From an uncultured Gemmatimonadales bacterium (GTDB lineage: Bacteria; Gemmatimonadota; Gemmatimonadetes; Palauibacterales; Palauibacteraceae), in the NCBI GenBank assembly GCA_963783385.1, contig CAWANJ010000009.1, forward strand, positions 352,001 to 416,000: a stretch of 64,000 bases of DNA, read 5' to 3'. Position 1 is the first letter of the stretch; each line of letters begins with the position of its first letter. Both the position numbers and the translations under genes were made by a program. Shown piece by piece: positions 48,334 to 58,427 of the stretch. A model generated the notes under the pieces. That model saw only the letters and a program-made list of their open reading frames with translations. It searched no databases and was not told the DNA's origin.

Positions 48334-49301
48334 GCGGGAGGGGTGAGCACGGAGAGCGGGGAGGGGCGGAGGCTCAGGGGGCAATCCTGGTCGTGGGAAG
48401 TGTGGCCCTCGACACGGTCGAAACGCCCTTCGGGAAGGCGGAGGAGGTCGTGGGTGGATCGGCCGTCTACTTCGGGTCGGCGGCGTCCCTGTTCGGCCAC
48501 GTCCAGCTCGTGGGGGTCGTCGGGGACGACTACCCCCTGGACCGACTGGACTTCCTGCGGGCGCGGGGGGCCGACCTGGACGGCCTCGACGTGGCCGGCG
48601 GCCGTAGCTTCCGCTGGTCGGGGGTCTACGACTACGACCTCAACGCCCGTCGCACCCTCAGCACCGAGCTCGGGGTGTTCGCGGACTTCCAGCCCACCGT
48701 GCCCGACACGTTCCGATCGGCCGAGTGGGTCTTCCTGGGCAACATCGATCCGGCCCTTCAGCACGGCATCCTCGACCAGATCGAGGCGCCTCGCCTGGTG
48801 GCATGTGACACGATGAACTACTGGATCGAACGGGACCGCGACACGCTGCTGGCTCTCCTCGCGCGCATCGACATGCTGGTCGTCAACGACTCCGAGGCCC
48901 GGGAGCTGTCGGAGGACCACAACCTGGCGCGCGCGGCCCGCTGGATCCTCGACCGTGGACCCCGGCACGTGGTCATCAAGAAGGGCGAGCATGGCGCCGT
49001 GCTCTTCCACGAAGATGGCGTGTTCTTCGTGCCCGGCTTCCCTCTGGAGGAGGTGTTCGATCCGACCGGGGCCGGGGACTCGTTCGCCGGCGGCATGCTG
49101 GGGCAGCTCGCCCGGGCGGGCCGGGTGACCGAGCGGGAGCTTCGCCGCGCCGTGGTGTTCGGGTGCGCGCTGGGTTCCTTCGCGTGCGAGGCCTTCGGGC
49201 CGGACCGGCTCCGGGACCTGTCCCTGCACGAGGTCGGCTCCAGGGTCCAGGCGTTCCTCGAGATGACACGGTTCGAACACGAGATGCCGGTCGGGCCGTG
49301 A
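48330..49301 (+). CDS. PfkB-family carbohydrate/nucleoside kinase
   Basis: VGSVALD, GGSA, DPTGAGDSFAGG. Confidence 0.9.
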   Translation: MSGRGEHGERGGAEAQGAILVVGSVALDTVETPFGKAEEVVGGSAVYFGSAASLFGHVQLVGVVGDDYPLDRLDFLRARGADLDGLDVAGGRSFRWSGVYDYDLNARRTLSTELGVFADFQPTVPDTFRSAEWVFLGNIDPALQHGILDQIEAPRLVACDTMNYWIERDRDTLLALLARIDMLVVNDSEARELSEDHNLARAARWILDRGPRHVVIKKGEHGAVLFHEDGVFFVPGFPLEEVFDPTGAGDSFAGGMLGQLARAGRVTERELRRAVVFGCALGSFACEAFGPDRLRDLSLHEVGSRVQAFLEMTRFEHEMPVGP

Positions 49302-49350
49302 GGGTCGGGTGGAGCGGGAGGGCCGGACGGAGCGGAGGGAGGGAGTGGCG

Positions 49351-50382
49351 GTGAGCGAGGGCGGCTTCACCTACCGGGATGCGGGCGTGGATCGCGGAGC
49401 GGCCGATGCCGTCAAGGGTCGGCTGGGCCGGATCGTGGAGTCGACCCGCACCGCGGGCGTGCGGTCGGCGTTCGGGTCCTTCGGAGGGCGCTTCATGCTC
49501 GAGGAGGGCGGCGAGCTGGTGGCCAGCGCCGACGGCGTGGGCACCAAGCTGCGGGTGGCGTTCCGCGCCGGCCGACACGACACGGTCGGCGAGGACCTGG
49601 TCAACCATTGTGTTGACGACATCCTGACCGAAGGGGCGGTGCCCCTCTTCTTCCTCGACTACTTCGCGTGCGGGCGGCTGGATCCCGAGATCCCGGTGGC
49701 CGTCGTGGCCGGCGTGGCGCGGGGATGCCGGGCCAACGGCTGCGCTCTGCTGGGTGGTGAGACCGCGGAGATGCCCGACTCGTACCCCGACGGGGAATAC
49801 GACCTGGCCGGCTTCATCGTGGGCCGCGCGGCGTACCCGGCGGTCGCCCGGCGCGAGATTCGGGAGGGAGACCGACTGCTCGGACTGTCCGCGAGCGGCC
49901 TCCACACGAACGGATACAGCTTCGCACGGGCGCTGTTGTTCGGAGAGCTGGGCCTCGATGTGGACGACCCGTGGCCGGGCCTGGGCAGCTCGGTCGGCGA
50001 CGTGCTCCTCCGGGTGCATCGCTCCTACCTGGAGCCGCTCCGCGGTCCGTGCGAGGCGGGACGGGTCCACGCCCTGGCGCACATCACCGGAGGCGGCATC
50101 CCGGGCAACCTGGCCCGGATTCTCCCGGAGGATCTCGACGCGGTGGTGGACACGGGCTCGTGGCAGGCGCCGGCCGAGTTCCGATCGCTGGCCGAGCTGG
50201 GACGCACGGACCGGGACGAGATGTTCCGGACCTTCAACATGGGCCTCGGCATGATCGCGGTGGTGCGCCCCGACGAGATGCGAACGGTGCGCGAGGCGAT
50301 CGAGGCGGCCGGATGCCCGGCGTTCGCGTGTGGGGAGCTGGTGCGCGGGTCGGGCGAGGTCCGGCTCGAGGGCGCCGGGTGA
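49351..50382 (+). CDS. purM: Phosphoribosylformylglycinamidine cyclo-ligase (AIR synthetase)
   Basis: TYRDAGVD, DGVGTK, GGETAEMP, SGLHTNGYS, TFNMG. Confidence 0.95.
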   Translation: MSEGGFTYRDAGVDRGAADAVKGRLGRIVESTRTAGVRSAFGSFGGRFMLEEGGELVASADGVGTKLRVAFRAGRHDTVGEDLVNHCVDDILTEGAVPLFFLDYFACGRLDPEIPVAVVAGVARGCRANGCALLGGETAEMPDSYPDGEYDLAGFIVGRAAYPAVARREIREGDRLLGLSASGLHTNGYSFARALLFGELGLDVDDPWPGLGSSVGDVLLRVHRSYLEPLRGPCEAGRVHALAHITGGGIPGNLARILPEDLDAVVDTGSWQAPAEFRSLAELGRTDRDEMFRTFNMGLGMIAVVRPDEMRTVREAIEAAGCPAFACGELVRGSGEVRLEGAG

Positions 50383-51539
50383 CGGGGGCCCGGGCCGACG
50401 ACGGACGGCACATGCTCCGGGCGGTGGCCCTGGCCCGGCGCGGCTGGGGGCGCGTGGCGCCCAACCCAATGGTCGGGGCCGTCCTGGTGCGCGACGGGGA
50501 CGTGGTGGGAGAAGGGTGGCACGCCGAGTTCGGAGGTCCCCACGCCGAAGTGGCGGCGCTCGACGCGGCGGGCCCGCGGGCCGAGGGTGCCACGCTCTAC
50601 GTGACGCTGGAGCCGTGCACCCACACCGGCAAGACACCACCGTGCACGCCGGCGGTGATCGAGGCCGGCGTGCGGCGCGTCGTCGTGGGCTGCCGGGACC
50701 CCGACCCGGAAGCCGGCGGCGGCGCGGACGCCCTGCGCCGGGCCGGGCTCGACGTCTCCGTGGGCGTCGAGGGACCGACCTGCGCGCGCCTCCTGGCCGC
50801 CTATCTCTGGGGTCGGGTCGGCCGGACCCCGTTCGTGGCGCTCAAGCTCGCCCTGTCGCTGGACGGGGGGCTGGCGCGCGAGCCCGGTCGCCGGACGGCG
50901 GTCACCGGCCCCGAGGCGGGACGGTGGGTGCATCGCCTCCGGGCCGGATTCGACGCCATCCTCGTGGGCCGCGGGACGCTCGAGGCGGACGATCCGCTGC
51001 TCACGGTCCGGGGAGACGTCGAGCCGCGGAGCGCGCCCGTTCGCGTCATCCTCGACTCCGGACTGTCCGTGTCTCCGGAGGCCCGGGTCGTCACCACCGG
51101 GACCGAGGCGCCGACCTGGGTCCTGTGCGGACCCGACGCGCCGGCGGAGCGGCGTGCCCGCCTCGAGAAGGCGGGCGTCCGGGTGATCGAGCTCCGCGCC
51201 GGCCCGGCGGGGGTGGACACCGGCGCGGCGCTCGCACGGCTGGCCGGAGAGGGCGTCGGCACGGTGCTCGCAGAGGGAGGAGCGCGCGTGGCCCGCTCGC
51301 TCCTGGAAGGAGCGTGGGTCCAGCGCCTCCATCTCCTGTACGCGCCGCTCCTGTTCGGCGCGGGGGCCCCGGCCGGGTTCGGCGGGGCCGCGGCCGGACG
51401 GGGTGGCTGGCACGTGTATGACCGGAGGGCGCTCGGCGAGGACACGCACCTGGCGCTGGAGAGCCGCGAGCTCGACGACGTCCAGCGGCGGTGGGGGAGG
51501 CCCGAATGGCGCCCCGTGAGCCCGGCCCCGGGCGAGTGA
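50379..51539 (+). CDS. ribD: Riboflavin biosynthesis deaminase/reductase
   Basis: PNPMVGAV, HAE, TLEPCTH..KTPPC, K.A.SLDG, DDP.LT, EGG. Confidence 0.95.
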   Translation: MTGARADDGRHMLRAVALARRGWGRVAPNPMVGAVLVRDGDVVGEGWHAEFGGPHAEVAALDAAGPRAEGATLYVTLEPCTHTGKTPPCTPAVIEAGVRRVVVGCRDPDPEAGGGADALRRAGLDVSVGVEGPTCARLLAAYLWGRVGRTPFVALKLALSLDGGLAREPGRRTAVTGPEAGRWVHRLRAGFDAILVGRGTLEADDPLLTVRGDVEPRSAPVRVILDSGLSVSPEARVVTTGTEAPTWVLCGPDAPAERRARLEKAGVRVIELRAGPAGVDTGAALARLAGEGVGTVLAEGGARVARSLLEGAWVQRLHLLYAPLLFGAGAPAGFGGAAAGRGGWHVYDRRALGEDTHLALESRELDDVQRRWGRPEWRPVSPAPGE

Positions 51540-51558
51540 CCTGAAGCGAGGAGGGGGC

Positions 51559-52227
51559 ATGTTCACCGGTCTGGTCGAGGAGATGGGGCGCGTGCTGTCG
51601 CGTGAGCCGCACGAGGAGGGTCTGCGGCTCCGCGTGGCGTGCCGCTTCGTGGACGAGCTCCACTCGGGCGACTCGGTGGCGGTGAGCGGCGTGTGCCAGA
51701 CCGTGACCGGGGTGGACGCGTCCGGGTTCGAGTTCGAGTCGATCCGCACCACCCTGTCGCGGACGACACTGGGGCGCCTCGAGCCGGGCGCCGCCGTCAA
51801 CCTCGAGCGCGCCTTGCGGGCCGGCGACCGTCTGGGCGGCCACCTGGTCCAGGGTCACGTGGACGGGGTCGGGGAGCTCGTCGAGCGACGGCCCGCGGGC
51901 GAGACGTGGCTTCTGCGCATCTCGATGCCGGCGGACATCGCGGCCGCCACGGTGCTGCACGGATCCCTGACCGTGGACGGGGTCAGCCTGACCGTGAACC
52001 AGCTGGAGGGCCCGGTCGCGGAAGTGGCCATCATTCCCTATACATGGTCCCATACGACGCTCTCGGGGCTCGCGCCGAGCGATCCGGTGAACCTCGAGGG
52101 TGACCTCGTGGGTAAATACGTGCGCAGGCTCGTCGAGCCATACCTCGAGAGTCTGCCCGCGCGAGGTCGACGGGCAGGAGGGCCCGGCGCCTCCGTTGAC
52201 GTCGGTCCCTCCCGTATCGAGAGCTGA
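51559..52227 (+). CDS. ribE: Riboflavin synthase alpha chain
   Basis: MFTGLVEE N-terminus, GGHLVQGHVDG, VNLE. Confidence 0.96.
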   Translation: MFTGLVEEMGRVLSREPHEEGLRLRVACRFVDELHSGDSVAVSGVCQTVTGVDASGFEFESIRTTLSRTTLGRLEPGAAVNLERALRAGDRLGGHLVQGHVDGVGELVERRPAGETWLLRISMPADIAAATVLHGSLTVDGVSLTVNQLEGPVAEVAIIPYTWSHTTLSGLAPSDPVNLEGDLVGKYVRRLVEPYLESLPARGRRAGGPGASVDVGPSRIES

Positions 52228-52230
52228 GGC

Positions 52231-53442
52231 ATGGGCTTCGACAGCGTCGAAGATGCCATCGCGGCGATCCGTCGCGGCGAACTGGTCATCGTGGCCGATG
52301 ACGAGGACCGCGAGAACGAGGGTGACCTCGTGTGCGCCGCAGAGCTGATCACGGCCGAACAGATCAACTTCATGGCCACGCACGGGCGCGGGCTGATCTG
52401 CCTCACGCTGGCGCCCGAGATCGCCGATCGGCTGGATCTGCCGCTCATGGCCGACGGACGGAAGTCCGATCCCAACGAGACGGCGTTCACGGTCAGCATC
52501 GACGCCCGCTCCGAGTTTGGCGTGTCCACGGGCATCAGCGCCCACGACCGGGCCCGGACGATCCAGGTGGCGCTCGACCCGGACACGCGTCCCTCGGACC
52601 TCGCGCGTCCCGGCCACGTGTTCCCGCTGCGGGCGCGGCCGGGAGGCGTGCTGCAGCGGGTCGGACAGACCGAGGCCTCCGTCGAGCTGGCGCGCATGGC
52701 CGGCCTGCAGCCGGCCGGCGTCATCTGCGAGATCCTCAACGAGGACGGGACCATGGCGAGGCGCCCGCACCTCGAGGCCTTCTCGGACCGGCACGGGCTG
52801 CGCTTCGTGACGGTGGCGCAGATCGTGGCGTACCGGCTGCGCCACGAGCGGCTCATCCACCGGGTGGCCGAAGCCCGTCTCCCGACGCCGTGGGGCGAGT
52901 TCACCATCGTCGGCTACCGCAACGACGTGGACGATCGGGAGCACGTCGCCCTGGTCCGGGGGGACGTCCGCGGGCGCGAGGGGGTGCTGGTACGCGTGCA
53001 CTCCAAGTGCCTCACGGGGGACGTATTCGGGTCGCTTCGCTGCGACTGCGGCGACCAGCTCCACCACGCCATGGAGCTGATCGTACAGGAGGGCGCCGGC
53101 GTGATCGTGTACCTGGACCAGGAGGGGCGCGGCATCGGCCTCCTCAACAAGCTCAGGGCCTACGAGCTCCAGGATCGCGGGCACGACACCGTGGAGGCCA
53201 ACGAGGTGCTCGGCTTCCCGCCTGACCTCAGGAACTACGGGATCGGCGCGCAGATCCTCGCTGACCTGGGCCTCCACTCCATCCGGATCATGACGAACAA
53301 CCCCAAGAAGCTCTCCGGACTCCAGGGCTTCGGCCTCGAGATCCTCGATCGTGTGCCCCTGGAGACCGACGCGACCAGCGAGAACGAGAGCTACCTCGAC
53401 GCCAAGCGAGACAAGCTCGGGCACCTGCTGAGCTCCTCGTGA
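52231..53442 (+). CDS. ribBA: Bifunctional DHBP synthase / GTP cyclohydrolase II
   Basis: DDEDRENEGD, RVHSKCLTGD, RCDCG, QEGRGIG. Confidence 0.96.
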   Translation: MGFDSVEDAIAAIRRGELVIVADDEDRENEGDLVCAAELITAEQINFMATHGRGLICLTLAPEIADRLDLPLMADGRKSDPNETAFTVSIDARSEFGVSTGISAHDRARTIQVALDPDTRPSDLARPGHVFPLRARPGGVLQRVGQTEASVELARMAGLQPAGVICEILNEDGTMARRPHLEAFSDRHGLRFVTVAQIVAYRLRHERLIHRVAEARLPTPWGEFTIVGYRNDVDDREHVALVRGDVRGREGVLVRVHSKCLTGDVFGSLRCDCGDQLHHAMELIVQEGAGVIVYLDQEGRGIGLLNKLRAYELQDRGHDTVEANEVLGFPPDLRNYGIGAQILADLGLHSIRIMTNNPKKLSGLQGFGLEILDRVPLETDATSENESYLDAKRDKLGHLLSSS

Positions 53443-53951
53443 AACCCTCGAATCCGGGCCGGGCCGTCGGAGGGGCGGTTCCCGGCGCGGCGGGACGACG
53501 CTACTGCCTGGTGGTGAGCCGCTACCACGGAGAAGTCACCGAGCGGCTCGAGTCCGGGGCTCGCCAGGAGCTGATCGACCTGGGCGTCGAGGCGCCGGCC
53601 GTGGACGTGGTGAGCGTTCCGGGCGCCTGGGAGCTGCCGTGGGCGGTCCGCCGGGCGGCCGCCACGGAACGCTACGACGGCGTGGTGGCGCTGGGCTGCG
53701 TCATCCGGGGAGACACGCCTCATTTCGACTACGTGTGCCGGGGCGCTACCGACGGCCTGGCCCGACTCGCGGCCGAGGGGAGAGTGCCGGTGGGGTTCGG
53801 ACTGCTGACCTGCGACACGCTCGAGCAGGCCGAGGCCCGGTCCGGCGGTTCGGTGGGCAACAAGGGGGCGGAGGCGGCGCGGGCCGTGGCGGAGCTGTGC
53901 GGGCTGGCTCCCCTCCTGCCCTCCGCCGGCGACCGGGAGCGCGGAACGTGA
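53439..53951 (+). CDS. ribH: 6,7-dimethyl-8-ribityllumazine synthase
   Basis: VPGAWELP, LGCVIRGDTPHFDYV, NKGAEAA. Confidence 0.95.
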   Translation: MKPSNPGRAVGGAVPGAAGRRYCLVVSRYHGEVTERLESGARQELIDLGVEAPAVDVVSVPGAWELPWAVRRAAATERYDGVVALGCVIRGDTPHFDYVCRGATDGLARLAAEGRVPVGFGLLTCDTLEQAEARSGGSVGNKGAEAARAVAELCGLAPLLPSAGDRERGT

Positions 53952-54379
53952 GGCGACCGGCGCACGTGCGCTCCAGGGCACGGAGCTGGGCGCTTCAGGT
54001 CCTGTACGCCTGGGACATGGCTGGCGTCGGACGGGACCTCTCCGGGTACGCGGACGAGGCCCTGGCCCGGCGGCGCGTGTCGCGACGGTACCGACCCTAC
54101 CTCGATCGGCTGCTGGAGCTGGTCGCCTCCCACGCATCGGAGATCGACGCCACCGTGCAGGAGCACATGCCCAACTGGCGACTGGAGAGGCTCTCGGCTA
54201 TCGATCGAGCCATCCTGCGGATCGCGACCGCCGAGCTCCTGTACCAGGAGGACGTGCCGGGCAAGGTGGCCATCCACGAGGCGATCCGACTCGCCGAGCG
54301 ATACGGCGGGAAGGAGAGCCACCGCTTCGTCAACGGCGTCCTCGACGCCGTCTACCAGGATACCCTCGTCGCTCCCTGA
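53948..54379 (+). CDS. nusB: Transcription antitermination factor NusB
   Basis: RSRAR..ALQ.LY, WRLERL..IDRAILR, FVNGVLD. Confidence 0.95.
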   Translation: MRRPAHVRSRARSWALQVLYAWDMAGVGRDLSGYADEALARRRVSRRYRPYLDRLLELVASHASEIDATVQEHMPNWRLERLSAIDRAILRIATAELLYQEDVPGKVAIHEAIRLAERYGGKESHRFVNGVLDAVYQDTLVAP

Positions 54380-54413
54380 CGGGCCGGGCGGCCGCGGCCG
54401 TCTCGATCTCCTG

Positions 54414-55553
54414 GTGGTGAACTGGCAGGACCGCCGGAACCCCCAGGCCGGCGGGGCCGAAGTCCACCTCCACGAGACCTTTGGCCGCCTGGCGGCGCGC
54501 GGACACCGTGTCACGCTCCTCGTGTCCGGCTGGCGGGGAGCGGTCCCGCGTGAGAGCCTCGACGGCATGGACGTGTGGCGTGCCGGCGGGCGCCACACCT
54601 TCCCGCTCGCCGTCCGGGGCGCGTATCGCCGGCTGCGAATGGAGCGTAGCTTCGATCTCGTGGTTGAGAACATCAACAAGCTGCCGCTCCTCACGCCGAT
54701 GTGGATGGAGGAGCCGGTGGTCGCGCTCGTGAACCACCTGTTCGGGGCGACGGCCTTCCGAGAGGCGGCCTGGCCGGTGGCGGCGGCGGTGTGGGCGGCC
54801 GAGCGGCTGATTCCCCGGGCGTATCGGGACGTGCCCTTCCACTCGGTCTCGGAGAGCACGGCCGAGGATCTCATCCGCCGCGGGATCGCGCGGGATCACA
54901 TCGAGGTCATCCCGGGCGGCATCGACCACGCGCTGTATCGGCCGGACCCGTCCGTAGAGCGGTTCCCCCGCCCCACGTTCGTCTACGTGGGGCGGCTCAA
55001 GCGCTACAAGGGACTGGAGGTCGTGTTCGAGGCGCTCTCGCGCCTCGAGCGCCGCGGCGTGGAGGCCCACCTGCTGGTGGCTGGCGCGGGAGACGACAGG
55101 TCGAGGCTGGAGTCGGCGGCCAGGGACCTGGCGGTCGAGACCCGCGTGCGGTTCCTGGGGTACGTGTCGGAGGAGGAGAAGGTGGAGCTCCTTCGCCGCG
55201 CGTGGGCGACGGTGTACCCGTCGCCCCGCGAGGGCTGGGGGCTCACCAACATCGAGGCCGCGGCGTGCGGGACGCCCACGGTGGCGAGCGACGCCCCCGG
55301 CCTGCGGGAGTCGGTGCTGGATGGTCGCACCGGCTTCCTGGTCCCGCACGCCGACGTGGAGGCCTGGGCCGAGCGCATGGCCCGGCTGTGCACGGACGCC
55401 GCGTGCCGGACGACGCTGTCCGAAGGCGCCATCCGGCACGCGGCCCGCTTCTCGTGGGAGCGGACGGCCGACCGCACCGAAGCCGCGCTTCGCTCGATCG
55501 TGGAGGCCCGAGCCACGGATCGATCGGAGCACCGAGACGAGCACGAAGGCTAG
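54414..55553 (+). CDS. Glycosyltransferase family 4
   Basis: NWQD...P.AGGAE, VGRLKRYKG, EGWGL..IEA.ACGTP; start codon uncertain. Confidence 0.9.
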   Translation: MVNWQDRRNPQAGGAEVHLHETFGRLAARGHRVTLLVSGWRGAVPRESLDGMDVWRAGGRHTFPLAVRGAYRRLRMERSFDLVVENINKLPLLTPMWMEEPVVALVNHLFGATAFREAAWPVAAAVWAAERLIPRAYRDVPFHSVSESTAEDLIRRGIARDHIEVIPGGIDHALYRPDPSVERFPRPTFVYVGRLKRYKGLEVVFEALSRLERRGVEAHLLVAGAGDDRSRLESAARDLAVETRVRFLGYVSEEEKVELLRRAWATVYPSPREGWGLTNIEAAACGTPTVASDAPGLRESVLDGRTGFLVPHADVEAWAERMARLCTDAACRTTLSEGAIRHAARFSWERTADRTEAALRSIVEARATDRSEHRDEHEG

Positions 55554-55565
55554 GAGGAGGACGGC

Positions 55566-55907
55566 ATGGATATCGTCGTCGCGGCCCGCCACGGCACGCT
55601 TCCCGAGCACGTCGCGGAGCTCGCCCGGGGCCAGTTCGAGCGGCTGGGTCGGTTCGAGTCGCGCGTGTCGCGCGTGGAGGTCACGGTCGCGAACGAGAAG
55701 AACCGCTGGGAAGTGGATGCGCACGCCAGCGTGGACCGCGATCCCCCGGTGCACGCCCACGGCGAGGCCCGGGACGCGCGCTCGGCCATCGATCAGGCGG
55801 TGGACCGCATGACACGCCAGGTCAAGCGGCTTCGGGAGCGTCACCGGGACCACCAGGGTCCCGCCAGGGAGGTGGAGCCCCCCACGGAACCGACGGAGGG
55901 GCCTTGA
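55566..55907 (+). CDS. hpf: Ribosome hibernation promoting factor (HPF/RaiA)
   Basis: MDI.V.ARH, AID.AVD.M.RQ.KR; position upstream of hprK. Confidence 0.85.
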   Translation: MDIVVAARHGTLPEHVAELARGQFERLGRFESRVSRVEVTVANEKNRWEVDAHASVDRDPPVHAHGEARDARSAIDQAVDRMTRQVKRLRERHRDHQGPAREVEPPTEPTEGP

Positions 55908-56863
55908 GCGGACTCACGGTCGGCGACTTCCTGGATCGAAAGGGGGCCTCCCTATCCCTCGAGGTGCTGACGGGGGAGGAAGGACTGGGACGCCCGATCC
56001 CCGGACCGGACATCTCGAGCCCGGGCCTCGTCCTCAGCGGCTACACGGAGCGCTTCCCGGGCAGCCGGATCCAGGTCCTGGGCGAGACGGAGGTGAGCTA
56101 CCTGCGGTCTCTGGCCCCCGGGGAGCGCCAGCGGGCGGTGGCGACGCTCCTCGGCTTCGACGTTCCCTGCCTGGTCGTCACCAAGGCCATGGACCCGCCC
56201 CGGGAGCTGCTGGAGGCCGCCTCGGCATCGGGGACGCCTCTGCTCCGCTCCGGGCTCAAGACGGGCGAGTTCTACCGGAGGATCAAGCCGTACCTCGAGG
56301 ACGAATTCGCGCCCCGGACCGCCGTGCACGGCTCGGTGGCGGACGTCTACGGGGTGGGGCTCCTGTTCGTGGGGAAGAGCGGCATCGGCAAGAGCGAATG
56401 CGTGCTCGACCTGATCGAGCGCGGCCACCGGCTCGTCGCGGACGACGTGGTCATCATCACCCGCCGGGGCAACGACGTCCTCATCGGCAGGGGACACGAG
56501 CTGGCCAAGCACCACATGGAGATCCGGGGCGTGGGCATCATCGACATTCGCGCCCTGTTCGGCGTGCGCGCGACGCGGCAGCAGAAGCGCGTGGAGGTCG
56601 TCGTGCAGCTCGAGGAGTGGAGCGAGCAGGCATCCTACGACCGTACGGGGCTCGACGCGGACACGACCGAAATCCTGGGGGTGCCGCTCCCCAAGGTCCG
56701 CATTCCGCTCAATCCCGGAAAGAACATCACCGTGATCTCGGAGGTCATCGCCATGAACCACCTCCTCAAATACTCGGGGGTGGACACGGCCAGGTCCTTC
56801 GACCAGAAGCTCCGGCGACGCCTGAGGCCGGTCCGGGAATACCTGGAGGAGGACAACGAGTGA
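55904..56863 (+). CDS. hprK: HPr kinase/phosphorylase
   Basis: GKSGIGKSE, GHRLVADD, MEIRGVGII; TTG start overlapping the hpf stop. Confidence 0.95.
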   Translation: MSGLTVGDFLDRKGASLSLEVLTGEEGLGRPIPGPDISSPGLVLSGYTERFPGSRIQVLGETEVSYLRSLAPGERQRAVATLLGFDVPCLVVTKAMDPPRELLEAASASGTPLLRSGLKTGEFYRRIKPYLEDEFAPRTAVHGSVADVYGVGLLFVGKSGIGKSECVLDLIERGHRLVADDVVIITRRGNDVLIGRGHELAKHHMEIRGVGIIDIRALFGVRATRQQKRVEVVVQLEEWSEQASYDRTGLDADTTEILGVPLPKVRIPLNPGKNITVISEVIAMNHLLKYSGVDTARSFDQKLRRRLRPVREYLEEDNE

Positions 56864-57285
56864 CGGCCGTCGCCCGCGGCGTCGTGGTGGCGCACGATGG
56901 GGTCGCGGCCGCGCTGGTGCGTGCCGTCGAGCACATCTCGGGCGTGCAGGGAGCGCTGTCGGCCGTGAGCAACGAGGCGTGCGCGCCGGAAGAGCTGCGC
57001 GCCCGGGTGGCCCGTGCCGTGTCCGAGAGTGGAGGCCCGGTCGTCATCTTCGTGGACATGTCGAGCGGGAGCTGCGCGTTCGCGGGGCGACGGGTCCTGC
57101 GCGGCCGGCCCGGGGTGGCCGTCGTCACGGGAGTCAATCTCCCGATGCTCCTCGACTTCGTCTTCCATCGCGAGATGGAGCTCGCCACCCTGGCCGAGCG
57201 CGTGGCAGGCAAGGGCCGGACCGCGGCCCAGGTCCACCTCCCCGAGGCACGGGACGACGATGCCGATCGAGCTGTTCCGGATTGA
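56860..57285 (+). CDS. PTS mannose/fructose-family EIIA
   Basis: VVAH phospho-His, FVDM..GS, VTGVNLPMLL. Confidence 0.88.
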   Translation: MTAVARGVVVAHDGVAAALVRAVEHISGVQGALSAVSNEACAPEELRARVARAVSESGGPVVIFVDMSSGSCAFAGRRVLRGRPGVAVVTGVNLPMLLDFVFHREMELATLAERVAGKGRTAAQVHLPEARDDDADRAVPD

Positions 57286-57751
57286 CGAGCGCCTTCTCCA
57301 CGGCCAGGTGGTCGTGGGGTGGGGTGAGCGGTTGGGTCTGTCCTACTACGTGGTGGTGGACGACGACCTGGCGGAGTCCGACTGGGAGCAGGAGCTCTAC
57401 GCCGGCGGCCTGCCCGCCGGCGCCGAGGCCTACTTTCTCTCCGAGGTGGAGGTGGCACGCCGCTTCCGCCAGCTCGACGGCCGTTCCGGGGCCGGTGCGC
57501 TGCTGGCGCGAACGACGGCGGCCATGCGTCGGCTGGCGGAGACCGGCGTCCTGTCGGGTCGAACCGTCGACGTGGGGTGCCTGGGAGCGGCCCCCGGCCG
57601 CAGGCGGTCGCTGGACTACGTGTACCTGAGCCCGGACGAGGTCGCCGATCTCCGCGCGCTGGCCGGGCGGGTCGGACGGGTCGAGGCCCGGGACGTACCC
57701 TCCGCGCAGGCGGTCGCCCTCGACCGCCTGCTCGAGGACTTCGATGCCTGA
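57260..57751 (+). CDS. PTS mannose/sorbose-family EIIB
   Basis: RIDERLLHGQV signature. Confidence 0.92.
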   Translation: MPIELFRIDERLLHGQVVVGWGERLGLSYYVVVDDDLAESDWEQELYAGGLPAGAEAYFLSEVEVARRFRQLDGRSGAGALLARTTAAMRRLAETGVLSGRTVDVGCLGAAPGRRRSLDYVYLSPDEVADLRALAGRVGRVEARDVPSAQAVALDRLLEDFDA

Positions 57752-58427
57752 ACTGGACGCCTGGACGTACGTCGTGGCCGTGGTGTGCGGCGGACTGGTC
57801 GGCGTGGATGCCGTCTCCTGGCCGCAGGTGATGATCTCCCGTCCCCTGGTGGCGGCCACGCTCGGTGGTGCCCTGCTGGGCGACCCGGGCGCCGGACTGA
57901 TGGTCGGGGCCGTGCTCGAGCTCCTCGGCCTCCGCCATCCTCCGTTCGGTGCGGCCCGCTACCCGGACACGGGGCCGGCAGCGCTCGTGGCGGGGGCGGC
58001 GTTCGCGGTCTCGGGCGGTGGGGTAACGTCGCTGGCCGTGGCCGTGTCGGCCGGCTGGCTGCTCGGATGGGTCGGTGCTCACACCGTGCACCTGCTGCGC
58101 GGCCTGAACGGACGCCTGGTCGGCCAACCCGCCTCCCTGTCGGTCGCTCCCGGGCGGCTGGAGCGGCGTCAGCGTTTCGCCGTCGGCCTGGACTTCGCGC
58201 GCGGGGCACTGCTCACGGCGGCGTTCCTGGTGCCGGCCGAGCTCGTGGCCCGCGTGGTGCCGGCGTCGGCGGGCGGACTGGCGCCCCCCGTCGCGGCCGC
58301 CGTGCTCGCGGTCGTGGTGGGCGGTGCGGCCGGCGCGGCGGCCGGCGGACTGTTCGGTGGCCGGAGGAGGTGGCTTCTGCTGGCCGCGGGTGGACTGGCA
58401 TCGGTGGTGGCTCTGGTGCTCGCATGA
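57744..58427 (+). CDS. PTS mannose-family EIIC
   Basis: Q.MISRPLV, G..LGD...GL.VGA.LEL; hydrophobic. Confidence 0.85.
   Translation: MPELDAWTYVVAVVCGGLVGVDAVSWPQVMISRPLVAATLGGALLGDPGAGLMVGAVLELLGLRHPPFGAARYPDTGPAALVAGAAFAVSGGGVTSLAVAVSAGWLLGWVGAHTVHLLRGLNGRLVGQPASLSVAPGRLERRQRFAVGLDFARGALLTAAFLVPAELVARVVPASAGGLAPPVAAAVLAVVVGGAAGAAAGGLFGGRRRWLLLAAGGLASVVALVLA

Noticed and set aside
50340-50400. FMN riboswitch before the rib genes
   Set aside because: ribD overlaps purM, leaving no leader
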